A stretch of DNA of 64,000 bases from Clostridia bacterium (lineage in GTDB: Bacteria; Bacillota; Clostridia; Christensenellales; CAG-138), in contig JAEDIC010000002.1 in the NCBI GenBank assembly GCA_016292635.1, positions 29,609 through 93,608 of the forward strand, written 5' to 3'. Every line of letters begins with the position of its first letter. Within the stretch, counting starts at the first letter, position 1. The notes beneath the pieces are model-generated. The model did not search any database and was not told the DNA's origin. It was given only the letters and a program-made list of their open reading frames with translations. Of the stretch, positions 55,321-64,000 are shown piece after piece. The translations under genes were made by a program, and so were the position numbers.

Positions 55321-55434
55321 TTTCAAGCGTATTCAGCATACTTTGTATACATTGTAATTTTTAACACTTTCCCGCTGCATTTTTTTGATTTTTACTGCAG
55401 ATACTACTGCAACAAAAGAAAAAAATGAGGATAT

Positions 55435-56889
55435 TTGCCTATGAAAAATACTGCTGTATGTCTGCTCATCCTGCTGTGCGCCATTATGCTGGCAGGCTGC
55501 GCAAAAGAATACTCCGGAATTGAGGAAGCGGAAAGCTCCGGTGCAACATTGGGAGAGTGCATACTTATCGACAACGTGGACGTATCCGGCATGACCCCAG
55601 CCGGAGCGGTAGCCGCAGTGGAGGCGGCCCATACCGAAACGTTAAAGGGGCTGTATTATACCATAACTGCCGGTGAAGACAGCCTGGATATAAACGCCGC
55701 CCTGCTGCCCATAAGCTTTGACACCAGAGAAACGGTCATGGAAGCCCTTTCCCTTAAAAAGCACTGGCCCTCCGGCATACCGCCCCGCCAGCTATATACC
55801 ACCATGGGCGCCGACCTTGAGCAGCTTAAACAGGCGCTGGAACAGCTATCAGGCGAACTGCAGTATGAACCCACAGACGCCACCGTCTCCTACGATGCCG
55901 AAAAAGGGTTCATCTATACCGACCACAAGGACGGACGCGTGCTGGATATGGATCACCTTGCGGACAGCATGGCAGAGCTTATATCCGTCGGAAAAGGCGG
56001 CTCCATTGCGGCGGTAACCTCCCCCGTGCCCGCCAAGTATACCGCTGACATGGCCCGTCAGGACACCGTCCTTATATCCGAATTTACCACATCCTTCGCC
56101 GGCAGCACATACGGCAGGGCAAACCGTGTATTCAATATAAAAAAGGCCGCATCCCTCATAAACGGCAAAACCATCGCCCCCGGGGAGGAATTCAACACCA
56201 ATGCCGCCCTGGGAGACCGTACTAAGGAAAACGGCTGGAAAACAGCCACAGGTATAAGGGACGGCGCCTACGTTCAGGAATACGGCGGAGGAGTATGCCA
56301 GGTGTCCACCACGCTGTACAATGCGGCGCTTATGGCGGATCTTGAAATCACCGAGCGGCATCATCACTCCTGGCCTCTGGGGTATGTGGACATAGGCAGG
56401 GACGCTACTATATCCACCGGCGGACCCAATCTGAGGTTCGTGAATTCCGGCCCATCCCCTATCACCATATCCGCAGCCGTGGATACGGTGGAAAAGACCG
56501 TTACGGTAAGAATATACGGCAGAGCCCTTGAAAACGGCGTTCGCATAGATGTAACTTCAAAAAAGACCGGCACCCTTTCCTCGCCCGGCACGGAAACGGT
56601 ATACGATCCCTCCCTTGCCCCCGGGGAAAGAGAAACCGTACGCAAGGCACGCCGTGGCAGCGTTTCTGAAACATACAAGCTGTATTACTCAGCCGACGGA
56701 GAACTTATAAACAAGGAGCTGGTAACCGAGGATACATACCGCTCCATATCCGGCATAGTACACGTTGGCCCTAAAAAAGAGGCGGCTTCGGATACATCCT
56801 CCGAAGCTGCCCGGCAAACGCCTGCCCCCGCCCCTGAGCCCACGCCGGTATCCGAGCCATCCCAAACTCCCCAGCAGACCTCACAATAA
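55435..56889 (+). CDS. VanW family lipoprotein
   Basis: Lipobox MLAGC. VanW core GGGVCQVSTTLYNAAL...ERHHHSWP. P/T/S/E-rich C-terminal tail. Confidence 0.8.
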   Translation: MPMKNTAVCLLILLCAIMLAGCAKEYSGIEEAESSGATLGECILIDNVDVSGMTPAGAVAAVEAAHTETLKGLYYTITAGEDSLDINAALLPISFDTRETVMEALSLKKHWPSGIPPRQLYTTMGADLEQLKQALEQLSGELQYEPTDATVSYDAEKGFIYTDHKDGRVLDMDHLADSMAELISVGKGGSIAAVTSPVPAKYTADMARQDTVLISEFTTSFAGSTYGRANRVFNIKKAASLINGKTIAPGEEFNTNAALGDRTKENGWKTATGIRDGAYVQEYGGGVCQVSTTLYNAALMADLEITERHHHSWPLGYVDIGRDATISTGGPNLRFVNSGPSPITISAAVDTVEKTVTVRIYGRALENGVRIDVTSKKTGTLSSPGTETVYDPSLAPGERETVRKARRGSVSETYKLYYSADGELINKELVTEDTYRSISGIVHVGPKKEAASDTSSEAARQTPAPAPEPTPVSEPSQTPQQTSQ

Positions 56890-57198
56890 CATACGCAAAA
56901 AGCCGCCGGAGAAGCGGGTGTCCGTAATACAGTAATTCGATGAATTGTTTATTACGGCATCTATCTTGCAGGGTTGGTAACACGAAAATAAGCGATACTT
57001 GGTCACTTTTGGCTGAGTATCGCTTATTTTTTTGCCCACAATTAGAAAGAATGGATATATTATGCAATTTTGGTTACATTAGATGCGGAGTAAATAAATC
57101 TGCATCCGGGAAATTTTTCATCTCTGACTATCTTTTTGCCGTTCTGCTTCGTTATACTAAGTGAAAGCGCTTTTATTCTACAGGAGAGGAGGAAAAAC

Positions 57199-57717
57199 AT
57201 GGACGGCGATTTCCTGCTCATGCGCAGGATGCAAAATGGCGATGATCAGGCCATCGAATCCTTTGTGCGCAAGTTCTACCCAAAGATTTTGAGATACTGT
57301 CACCTACATATCAAAGATTCCGGTTTCGCGGAAGATCTGACCCAGGAAACCTTTGCCCGGTTTTTCCGCACTCTCTATCAGTATCAGCACTATGGGAAGG
57401 CTGCGAATTACCTGTATGTGATTTCAGGCAATCTGTGCCGGGATTATTACAGAAAGCCGGAAGAACTGCCAATGGAGGAACTCCCGGAACACCCAGCCCG
57501 CCTGATGGAATCCCTGGATTTGCGGATGGACGTCCATATGGCTCTGGAACGTCTTCCACAGGAACTGCAGGAAGTAACCATCCTGTATTTCTTTCAGGAA
57601 GTCAGGCAAAAGGACATTGCCAGAATTTTGGGTATCGGTCTGCCACTGGTGAAGTACCGGATCAAACGTGCAAAAGAATTACTGGCGATTTATTTAGGGA
57701 AGGAGGATTTTGAATGA
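57199..57717 (+). CDS. ECF-type RNA polymerase sigma-70 family factor
   Basis: Region 2 DLTQETFARFF and region 4 QKDIARILGIGLPLVKYRIKRAKELL. The ATG at 57199 follows GGAGAGGAGG. Confidence 0.85.
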   Translation: MDGDFLLMRRMQNGDDQAIESFVRKFYPKILRYCHLHIKDSGFAEDLTQETFARFFRTLYQYQHYGKAANYLYVISGNLCRDYYRKPEELPMEELPEHPARLMESLDLRMDVHMALERLPQELQEVTILYFFQEVRQKDIARILGIGLPLVKYRIKRAKELLAIYLGKEDFE

Positions 57718-58448
57718 AGGAGCTCTTTCGTTTTGATGTTATCTGTAATGAATCCAAAGTTCAGAAAACCATCGATGTTTCCAAGAAAGCGTTTCTTGCC
57801 GGGGAATCGGAACGAACCGTATCCCACATGGAATTTCTGTATCATCAAAGCAAATATATCAAGAAACGTTGGTGGCTGATGCAGGGACTGCTGCTTGCCT
57901 TTGTCTGTTTCCTGCTGCACAATACAGAAACTGATTTCATTACGCGCCGCATTCTTGGGCTTACCGGACCGCTGTTTGTCATTCTGATTTATCCGGAAAT
58001 CTGGAAAAACCGGAGTTTCGATGCCTTGGAGGTCGAATGTACAACATTTTACACCCTTCGTTCCATCTATGCGGCACGGCTGACCCTCTTTGCCGGGGTG
58101 GATGTGGCGCTGCTGTCAGCGTTCTATGCCGGAGCATCCCTGCTGACCAGAATGACGCTCTGGGAAATGCTCACGCAGTTTCTGCTCCCCTTTAATTTGA
58201 CCTGCTGTATCTGCTTCCGAACCCTTTACAGCAAGCGGATCAATTCTCAGGCGCTTTCCCTGCTCCTGTGTGTCCTCTGGGCTGGAGTCTGGTCAATGCT
58301 CATTCTAAATGATGCTGTTTTCCTTGCCATTTCTGTTCCTGTGTGGGTATCTTTGCTGGCTGCATCCGTTTTCTTCATGGGATATACCATCTATCGTGGG
58401 CAGAGGGAATGGCAAAGCATTCTGGAGGTGAAACCTTTATGGATTTGA
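57714..58448 (+). CDS. polytopic membrane protein overlapping the sigma-factor stop (putative anti-sigma/partner)
   Basis: ATGA overlap with the sigma gene. It has a ~60-aa cytoplasmic N-terminus followed by ~6 TM helices. Confidence 0.4.
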   Translation: MKELFRFDVICNESKVQKTIDVSKKAFLAGESERTVSHMEFLYHQSKYIKKRWWLMQGLLLAFVCFLLHNTETDFITRRILGLTGPLFVILIYPEIWKNRSFDALEVECTTFYTLRSIYAARLTLFAGVDVALLSAFYAGASLLTRMTLWEMLTQFLLPFNLTCCICFRTLYSKRINSQALSLLLCVLWAGVWSMLILNDAVFLAISVPVWVSLLAASVFFMGYTIYRGQREWQSILEVKPLWI

Positions 58449-59326
58449 AAATTACCAACTTAACAAAAGAATTTGGCGGCTTCAAAGCCGTTGACCATTT
58501 CAGCTATGAATTAAGCTGCGGTGTCTATGGTCTGCTTGGCGTCAACGGTGCTGGTAAAACCACCCTGATGCGGATGCTGACCACCTTGATGAAACCCACA
58601 TCCGGCTGCATCACCTGGGATGGAGAAGATATTTTTGCCATGGATGGCAGATACCGGAATCTGTTGGGATATCTTCCTCAGGATTTTGGGTACTATCCCG
58701 ACTTTTCCATCTACGACTACCTGATGTACATTGCCAACCTCAAAGGGATCCGCCCTGCGGTGGCAAAGCAGCGGGTCAAGGAACTGCTGAAGCAGGTTGG
58801 TCTGGTGAAAGCCCAGTACAAGAAAATGAAAACCCTCTCTGGCGGCATGAAGCGCCGGGCAGGCATTGCCCAGGCCATGCTGAACGACCCCAAAATTCTA
58901 ATTCTGGACGAGCCTACCGCCGGTCTGGACCCCGGCGAGCGGATCCGTTTTCGGAATCTGATCAGCGAACTTTCGGAGGACCGAATTGTACTGCTGTCCA
59001 CCCATATCGTTTCGGATATTGAGTATATCGCGGATGACATTCTGCTGATAAAGGACGGCTGCCTTGCCATTTCCGGTACGGCTGAGGAGCTCATTGACTC
59101 CATACCGGAACCAGTTTGGAACTGTACTGTGCCAAAAAGCAAGATCGACGCCTGTCTGAAGGCATACAAAGTTGCAAATGTGAAGACTATTCCCGGCGGC
59201 GCGGAGCTGCGAATCGTTTCCAAGGGACGACCCGCAGAAGATGCCGTCAGGGCGGAACCAACTTTGGAGGATGTTTTCCTCTGCTATTTCGGAGAAAGGA
59301 CAGGTGATAGCGATGGTACGGTATGA
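58439..59326 (+). CDS. ABC transporter ATP-binding protein
   Basis: Walker A GVNGAGKTT, signature LSGGMKRR, Walker B ILILDEPTAGLD. Confidence 0.9.
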   Translation: MDLKITNLTKEFGGFKAVDHFSYELSCGVYGLLGVNGAGKTTLMRMLTTLMKPTSGCITWDGEDIFAMDGRYRNLLGYLPQDFGYYPDFSIYDYLMYIANLKGIRPAVAKQRVKELLKQVGLVKAQYKKMKTLSGGMKRRAGIAQAMLNDPKILILDEPTAGLDPGERIRFRNLISELSEDRIVLLSTHIVSDIEYIADDILLIKDGCLAISGTAEELIDSIPEPVWNCTVPKSKIDACLKAYKVANVKTIPGGAELRIVSKGRPAEDAVRAEPTLEDVFLCYFGERTGDSDGTV

Positions 59327-60554
59327 ACTGAAAAAGGTGTTTGGTTCCGTTGGCGGTAAGATCGCCCTGATACTTTATATTGCTGTTTTGGCCCTGTCCT
59401 GTTGGTTATCATCCACAGGCGCAACGAATATCGAGGTAAAGTGGGTCAACGAGCAGGGAAAAAGTGAATATGGGCTAACTGCCGTTCAAAACTTGCGTGA
59501 TGCCCAGAAGGAATGGGAAGGTTGGGTAGACCAGGAAACGTTGACCAGAGTGATTCAGGAAAACCAGAGAATCAATGCGACACCGGAAGCAAATTCAGAT
59601 AGTGTGCAGCAACGCGATATTGCGTATAGCTGGAAACAGGGCTTTATGCCCATCCGGGAAATGGTGAATCATTCCTATGCTGATGATTTTCGGAAGTACG
59701 ATTATTACACCGCTGACAGAATGACTTCCATCGATGTAGATGCGTTTTACGCGAACCGAGAAAAGCTGCTGACCGATTGGCTGTATGACGAAACGGACGC
59801 GGGCTACTCCATGTATTCTGAACCGGAAAAGCAGTACATTATTGGGCAGTATAGGCAATTACAGACACCATTCTATTTTACATACCACGAAGGCTGGCAT
59901 CAGCTTCTGGAAAACGCCGGATATATTCCCTCACTGGGAATTTTGATTCTGGGTTTTCTGTTGGCTGGCATCTTCTCTAACGAATTCAAATGGAAAGCGG
60001 ATGCGATGTATTTTTCCACCCTTTGTGGCAGGAATAAAGCTACCTCTGCCAAGATCAAGGCGGGTTTTCTGCTGGTGACGGTCCTGTACTGGGGAGCCAT
60101 GCTGATCTATAGCCTGTTTACCCTTTGCTATCTCGGCTTCGAGGGCGGAAACTGCGTTATCCAGTGGCTGCTCTGGAAAAGTATCTATAATCTTAATATG
60201 TGGCAAGCCTGGATGCTGGCTCTCGTATCCGGCTACATCGGCAACCTTTTCCTGGCGTTGCTGACCATGTGGATCTCTGCGAAAACCAAGTCTGCCGTTT
60301 TTGCAGTGACCACACCCTTTATCCTGGTTTTTCTGCCGGCATTTCTGGAAGGAATTCCGGGTTGGTTGAGTAAAATTTCAGGGCTCATGCCGTCCCATTT
60401 GCTGGAACTCTATCAGAATCTGGGCTCCTTCAAAATTCTCACCGTCTTTGGTAAGGTTTTCCGTACTTTAGATGTCAGTATTCCGCTATATCTGATGCTG
60501 TCCATCATATTGGTCCCCATGATGTATCGGGAATATCAAAGGAAAAGAGCATAA
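59313..60554 (+). CDS. ABC-2 type transporter permease with large extracytoplasmic loop
   Basis: It overlaps the ATPase gene. There is one N-terminal TM helix, a ~170-aa loop, then 5 TM helices. Confidence 0.7.
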   Translation: MVRYELKKVFGSVGGKIALILYIAVLALSCWLSSTGATNIEVKWVNEQGKSEYGLTAVQNLRDAQKEWEGWVDQETLTRVIQENQRINATPEANSDSVQQRDIAYSWKQGFMPIREMVNHSYADDFRKYDYYTADRMTSIDVDAFYANREKLLTDWLYDETDAGYSMYSEPEKQYIIGQYRQLQTPFYFTYHEGWHQLLENAGYIPSLGILILGFLLAGIFSNEFKWKADAMYFSTLCGRNKATSAKIKAGFLLVTVLYWGAMLIYSLFTLCYLGFEGGNCVIQWLLWKSIYNLNMWQAWMLALVSGYIGNLFLALLTMWISAKTKSAVFAVTTPFILVFLPAFLEGIPGWLSKISGLMPSHLLELYQNLGSFKILTVFGKVFRTLDVSIPLYLMLSIILVPMMYREYQRKRA

Positions 60555-61382
60555 TCATTACAGTACGATATGAATAGCTGCCAAATTGATTCAATATGGA
60601 TTAGCTGCGTGCGAATAGATACGCAAAGATTCCTTGTATTCTTACAGGACTTTTCAAGAGCCTGCATAGTATGATAAGCGTGAAATCAAAAAGGAGGTAT
60701 TACACCATGTGCCGCAGCAATCCTTCTTTCCTACGGTTATTACAGGATGTCCTTCCAATTCGGTGCGGCACAGCCTGGCGTGTAATACAGGATTAGCAAA
60801 AAAGCTCCAAACCAGCCAAATCATGAAACGCAGCCGAAAGAATGAACAGACTATACATCAGGCATGGGGCAGCGGAAATTGCTGCCCTCCCAAGGGCGCA
60901 CCCGTTCATGCTCCTGTTTGATTTCAATTATAGCGCAATTTCATGAATATGGATGTTACGTTGGGAGCCTTATGAAAAGGAATAGAAAACGGATTCAAGA
61001 TTCCCTCGAAAGAGCGTTCCTGTTCCCTTAGTAATTATACTGAGGGCGCACTTCTATACGGGGTAGCCCCCGTATGTGCGCTGGGTGAGACTGAACAGCC
61101 CGGGCACCTGAAGTCCGGGCTGTTTTGCGTCACTTCGTTCCGAACAAGGGGCTGATCTCGCCTGCCGGCTCGGTCAGCGCTTCAAAGCGTTTCACGCTTT
61201 GAGGTCTCCACTGGAGACCCGCGCCCCCTTGCGCCGCGAAAGCGGCTATCTTTGCAGACTTGGTCAGCAGAAACGGTTTTACAAACCATTCCCGCTAATC
61301 AAGTTTTTATATTGTGAGTCTGACCGTCAGTAAATGCTGGCGGTCATTTTATATTCAAATCTTTAAGGAGGTCATTCAAAAA

Positions 61383-61505
61383 ATGCCAAAACAGAAACCT
61401 CTATCCTAACTGGAAGCGGAGAGAGCCGCCTGTGAACAGCGGCTTGCCCAGCTACAACACAAGGCACAGCAGTATGAAAACCGAATTTCAGATTTCGGAA
61501 TTTAA
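61383..61505 (+). pseudogene. small coiled-coil ORF interrupted by TAA at codon 9 (mobile-element-type small gene remnant)
   Basis: AAGGAGG, then 11 nt, then ATG. It reads MPKQKPLS-TAA-LEAERAACEQRLAQLQHKAQQYENRISDFGI. Confidence 0.3.
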
Positions 61506-61562
61506 CTGTCTTACGAACACCCCGCTTAAGTTCCGGCTTTATTATTATGCGTATTTCCCTTA

Positions 61563-62102
61563 CTAGGTAAGCTTACGGCAATACTGGGTATATAGCTTAT
61601 TCGTGCAGTTCGAGCATTCCGGGGTCTCGTTCGAATACTCCCAGAATCTCTCCGAGTACATCAGTATATACAGTTCCCATACCAGCAGCGCCATGAAGAA
61701 CAAGCTCCATGAGTAAAAGTTCTTGGTGATGCAGCAGCGGGCCTTAATCAGCAGCCTTAAAGGACACCATAGCAATACGCAAGTTAGATCGCATACCAAG
61801 AATGCCGCAGTTATCATAAACATGGCGGTATGGTTCAGCGCCTTTGCAAAATACAGTACGGCTATTGCGGCAAGGACCGGCCACAGTACCATGACCTTAT
61901 AGGCGGATCTTGTGGTGGACACCATGTATTCCTTTAGGACAATATTATTTGTCTTATCCACTATGGGCCTGAAATGCGGCGGCAGCCAACTGGAAAAGCG
62001 CTTTCCATACGGGATATCAAACTCCTCCGTCCGCCATATCCGCATACATACGCACATACAAGGCAACGGGCTTCCGCCCTGTTCCCAATAGCCTTGCCCC
62101 AA
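61563..62102 (-). CDS. hypothetical Cys-rich membrane protein
   Basis: ORF with 3-4 TM helices and many Cys residues (CDLTC, WCP, RCC, CSNC). The start is uncertain (62102, 62057 or 62045). No family was recognised. Confidence 0.4.
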   Translation of the reverse strand: MGQGYWEQGGSPLPCMCVCMRIWRTEEFDIPYGKRFSSWLPPHFRPIVDKTNNIVLKEYMVSTTRSAYKVMVLWPVLAAIAVLYFAKALNHTAMFMITAAFLVCDLTCVLLWCPLRLLIKARCCITKNFYSWSLFFMALLVWELYILMYSERFWEYSNETPECSNCTNKLYTQYCRKLT

Positions 62103-62171
62103 AGTTTCTCCGGATTTATGGCTGTTATATTGCGTTATTCCGCTTTTGGGAGATTGGTTTGCGTGAGAGAA

Positions 62172-62918
62172 TCAGGCCAATACCGTAGCCCGCAGTATGG
62201 TGAGCGCTCCGCAGAAACCCACCACGCCGTATATCACCTTGCGCAACGCATCCACGCTTATCTTATTATATACCTTGCCGCCAATATAGTTGGCAAGCAG
62301 CATGGCGGCAATGTTGGGTATCATCAGCCACAGCACCTTTTCGGTGATAAAACCGTTCGCCATGCGTCCCACGGTGGTAACAGCGTTGGATATAACGAAG
62401 AAATATTGTATGTTGACCAGATATTCGTCCTTTGAATGGCTGCAGCTGAGAAAGTATACCACCATTGGCGGCCCGCCCATGGAGAACATTCCCGACAAAA
62501 CGCCGCCTATGCTGCCGGATATCATGGCGTTTTTAGTGTTTGCCTTTATGCTTATCCGTCCGCTGAAGAAGGTGAAGTATATACTCATGGCGCAGAGCGC
62601 TATTCCAAGCAGCAGCATGAGAAGGCTTGGGGCTGCGTTCTTTACGAACACCACCGCAAAGCAGCTTATGATACAATAGGGTATAAGCGGCAGTATAACT
62701 TTTTTCATGCTCTGGCTGCCCCTCATAGTATAAGCCACCACGCAGGAAGCAACCAGCGAGCCAATTCCGGAAAGGGCTGTAGATTCGCCAAATCCCAATA
62801 TCAGCGGATAAAACATCATAACTATCACGCCGTATCCGAAGCCGCTTACCCGCTGAACGAATACCCCGAGAAAAGACGCAAAACCTATTAATGCAAATGT
62901 GGATACCGTCAGGTCCAT
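62172..62918 (-). CDS. TauE/SafE family sulfite/anion exporter
   Basis: 248 aa with 8 TM helices and the typical GFGYGVIVM / GMFSMGGPP patterns. Confidence 0.8.
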   Translation of the reverse strand: MDLTVSTFALIGFASFLGVFVQRVSGFGYGVIVMMFYPLILGFGESTALSGIGSLVASCVVAYTMRGSQSMKKVILPLIPYCIISCFAVVFVKNAAPSLLMLLLGIALCAMSIYFTFFSGRISIKANTKNAMISGSIGGVLSGMFSMGGPPMVVYFLSCSHSKDEYLVNIQYFFVISNAVTTVGRMANGFITEKVLWLMIPNIAAMLLANYIGGKVYNKISVDALRKVIYGVVGFCGALTILRATVLA

Positions 62919-63180
62919 CTAAAACCTCTGAATATAGATATAAGCGTATTATCTCATTTTGCGCCGCCAAGTTCAACGGCTGCGTAAAGTATTTTGTGCC
63001 GCCGCCATCACACCGGGGGTCCGAAATCGCGCCATTTATTTATGCAAAATCTTTTGCCGCACCTTGCCAAATCGCAAATAAAAATGTAGTATTTATATAG
63101 TGCGTAATATGACTATTTGTCCGCTGCGCATCCCTGTATCGGCATTACAGCCAATACTGTAAAAAAATATATCAGGAGGA

Positions 63181-63729
63181 TTGATTATGAAATTCCGCTG
63201 CACCATTTGTGGTTATGTTCACGAGGGCGATGCCGCCCCCGAATTCTGCCCCACCTGCAAAGCCGGCGCCGAAAAGTTTGTTGCCGTTGACGAGACCAAG
63301 CTGAGCTGGGCCGCCGAGCACGTAGTAGGCGTTGCCAAGGGCGTAGATCCCGAGATCATCGAAGGTCTCCGCGCCAACTTCACCGGCGAATGCACCGAAG
63401 TAGGTATGTATCTTGCCATGGCCCGCGTAGCCCATCGCGAGGGCTATCCCGAGATCGGTCTCTACTGGGAAAAGGCCGCCTATGAAGAAGCAGAGCACGC
63501 CGCCAAGTTTGCAGAGCTTTTGGGCGAAGTTATCACCGACAGCACCAAGAAAAACCTTGAGATGCGCGTAGAAGCCGAAAACGGCGCCACCGAAGGCAAG
63601 TTCATGCTGGCAAAGCGCGCCAAGGAGCTCAATCTTGACGCTATCCATGACACTGTTCATGAAATGGCTCGAGACGAAGCCCGCCACGGCAAGGCTTTCG
63701 AGGGCCTGCTGAAGAGATACTTCAACTAA
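63181..63729 (+). CDS. rubrerythrin, reverse domain order (N-terminal rubredoxin-like, C-terminal ferritin-like)
   Basis: [10 protein letters not shown]...CPTCKA at the N-terminus. Di-iron motifs EEAEHAAKF and [11 protein letters not shown] follow. Confidence 0.9.
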   Translation: MIMKFRCTICGYVHEGDAAPEFCPTCKAGAEKFVAVDETKLSWAAEHVVGVAKGVDPEIIEGLRANFTGECTEVGMYLAMARVAHREGYPEIGLYWEKAAYEEAEHAAKFAELLGEVITDSTKKNLEMRVEAENGATEGKFMLAKRAKELNLDAIHDTVHEMARDEARHGKAFEGLLKRYFN

Positions 63730-63741
63730 AATCAGCATAAG

Positions 63742-63767
63742 AAAAGGGAGCGTTCGCTCCCTTTTTT
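63742..63767. terminator. Rho-independent terminator (A-run/stem/T-run, usable on both strands)
   Basis: AAAAGGGAGCG-TT-CGCTCCCTTTTTT. Confidence 0.8.
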
Positions 63768-63768
63768 C

Positions 63769-63857
63769 AGTCTGTCGAAAAAGTGGCATTGAGCTGCTTT
63801 TTCGATGTTTACATGGCTCCCTTGTGCCTACAGCACGGCCGGGGAGCCATTCAAAGC
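63769..63857 (-). repeat. multi-hairpin intergenic repeat, copy C (3' half only, inverted orientation)
   Basis: The reverse complement aligns with the last ~90 nt of copies A and B (ATGGCTCCCC...GGGAGCCATGTAAACATCGAAAAAG...CTTTTTCGACAG). Confidence 0.75.
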
Positions 63858-63881
63858 ATCTGCCATTTATTGTTTCCCGGA

Positions 63882-64000
63882 TCAACGGCTGTAGTGGCTG
63901 AACATGGTGTCGGTGGCCTGCCTTATAGCCTTGGTCACGTCCGCAACCTTATCCTTATCCCACTTATCCGGCTCGCTGCGCAGGAAAGAAGTCTTATCCA
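63882..64000 (-). CDS. unidentified protein, C-terminal end (5'-partial at window edge)
   Basis: The minus-strand frame is open from the window edge to TGA (63884-63882). The tail reads DKTSFLRSEPDKWDKDKVADVTKAIRQATDTMFSHYSR. Confidence 0.45.
   Translation of the reverse strand, partial: DKTSFLRSEPDKWDKDKVADVTKAIRQATDTMFSHYSR

Noticed and set aside
63172-63885. 237-aa minus-strand ORF covering the rubrerythrin locus.
   Set aside because: It is antisense to a rubrerythrin with unmistakable motifs and runs through the terminator and repeat copy C. It is an artefact.

Overview
This 64-kb window looks like chromosomal DNA from a spore-forming, strictly anaerobic Firmicute (Clostridia, Oscillospiraceae/Ruminococcaceae-like). 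Markers include a PFOR tail, a bifurcating-type Bcd-EtfBA, pro-sigma-K, rubrerythrin and RNase J. All gene names come from motif recognition by eye, because no database search was possible.

Layout:
- 1-5 kb: PFOR 3' end, DUF169, a GntR regulator and a stand-alone acyl-CoA dehydrogenase/EtfBA operon.
- 5.1-7 kb: decayed IS fragments.
- 7-16.2 kb: a TRAP-transporter sugar-acid catabolic locus ending in KDPG aldolase and KDG kinase.
- 16.5-18.6 kb: an ADP-ribosylglycohydrolase and a DAACS symporter.
- 18.7-20.2 kb: a truncated IS3-family element abutting an IS256-family fragment.
- 20.4-33 kb: accessory metabolism. This includes a MATE pump, an AKR/Fe-S protein, a CrtI-like flavoenzyme paired with an FNR/2Fe-2S reductase, an EamA transporter, a T-box-controlled tyrosine-phenol-lyase-like gene, an MFS transporter and a flavodoxin-like protein.
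- 33-51 kb: a housekeeping block on the minus strand (trmH, rplT-rpmI-infC, alaX, prsA-like, pgsA, plsY, efp, sigK, queT, U32 peptidase, mltG, ylbF, rnj). It is interrupted by a lone small serine recombinase and a cobalamin-riboswitch module.
- 51-57 kb: two VanW paralogs bracketing an orphan DNA methyltransferase and a GntR regulator.
- 57-61.6 kb: a more AT-rich ECF-sigma/ABC island with mobile-element debris.
- 61.6-64 kb: membrane proteins and a reverse rubrerythrin.

Most interesting observations:
1. A Tyr-specifier T-box leader drives a TPL-type lyase.
2. A roughly 200-bp multi-hairpin repeat with covarying terminal inverted repeats occurs three times, always beside terminator hairpins. 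One copy is flanked by a 21-bp duplication.
3. The TRAP sugar-acid locus has no dehydratase or isomerase and carries an Eda-VOC fusion.
4. A CrtI-like enzyme is translationally adjacent to an FNR/2Fe-2S reductase.

No rRNA, tRNA or CRISPR array was seen.
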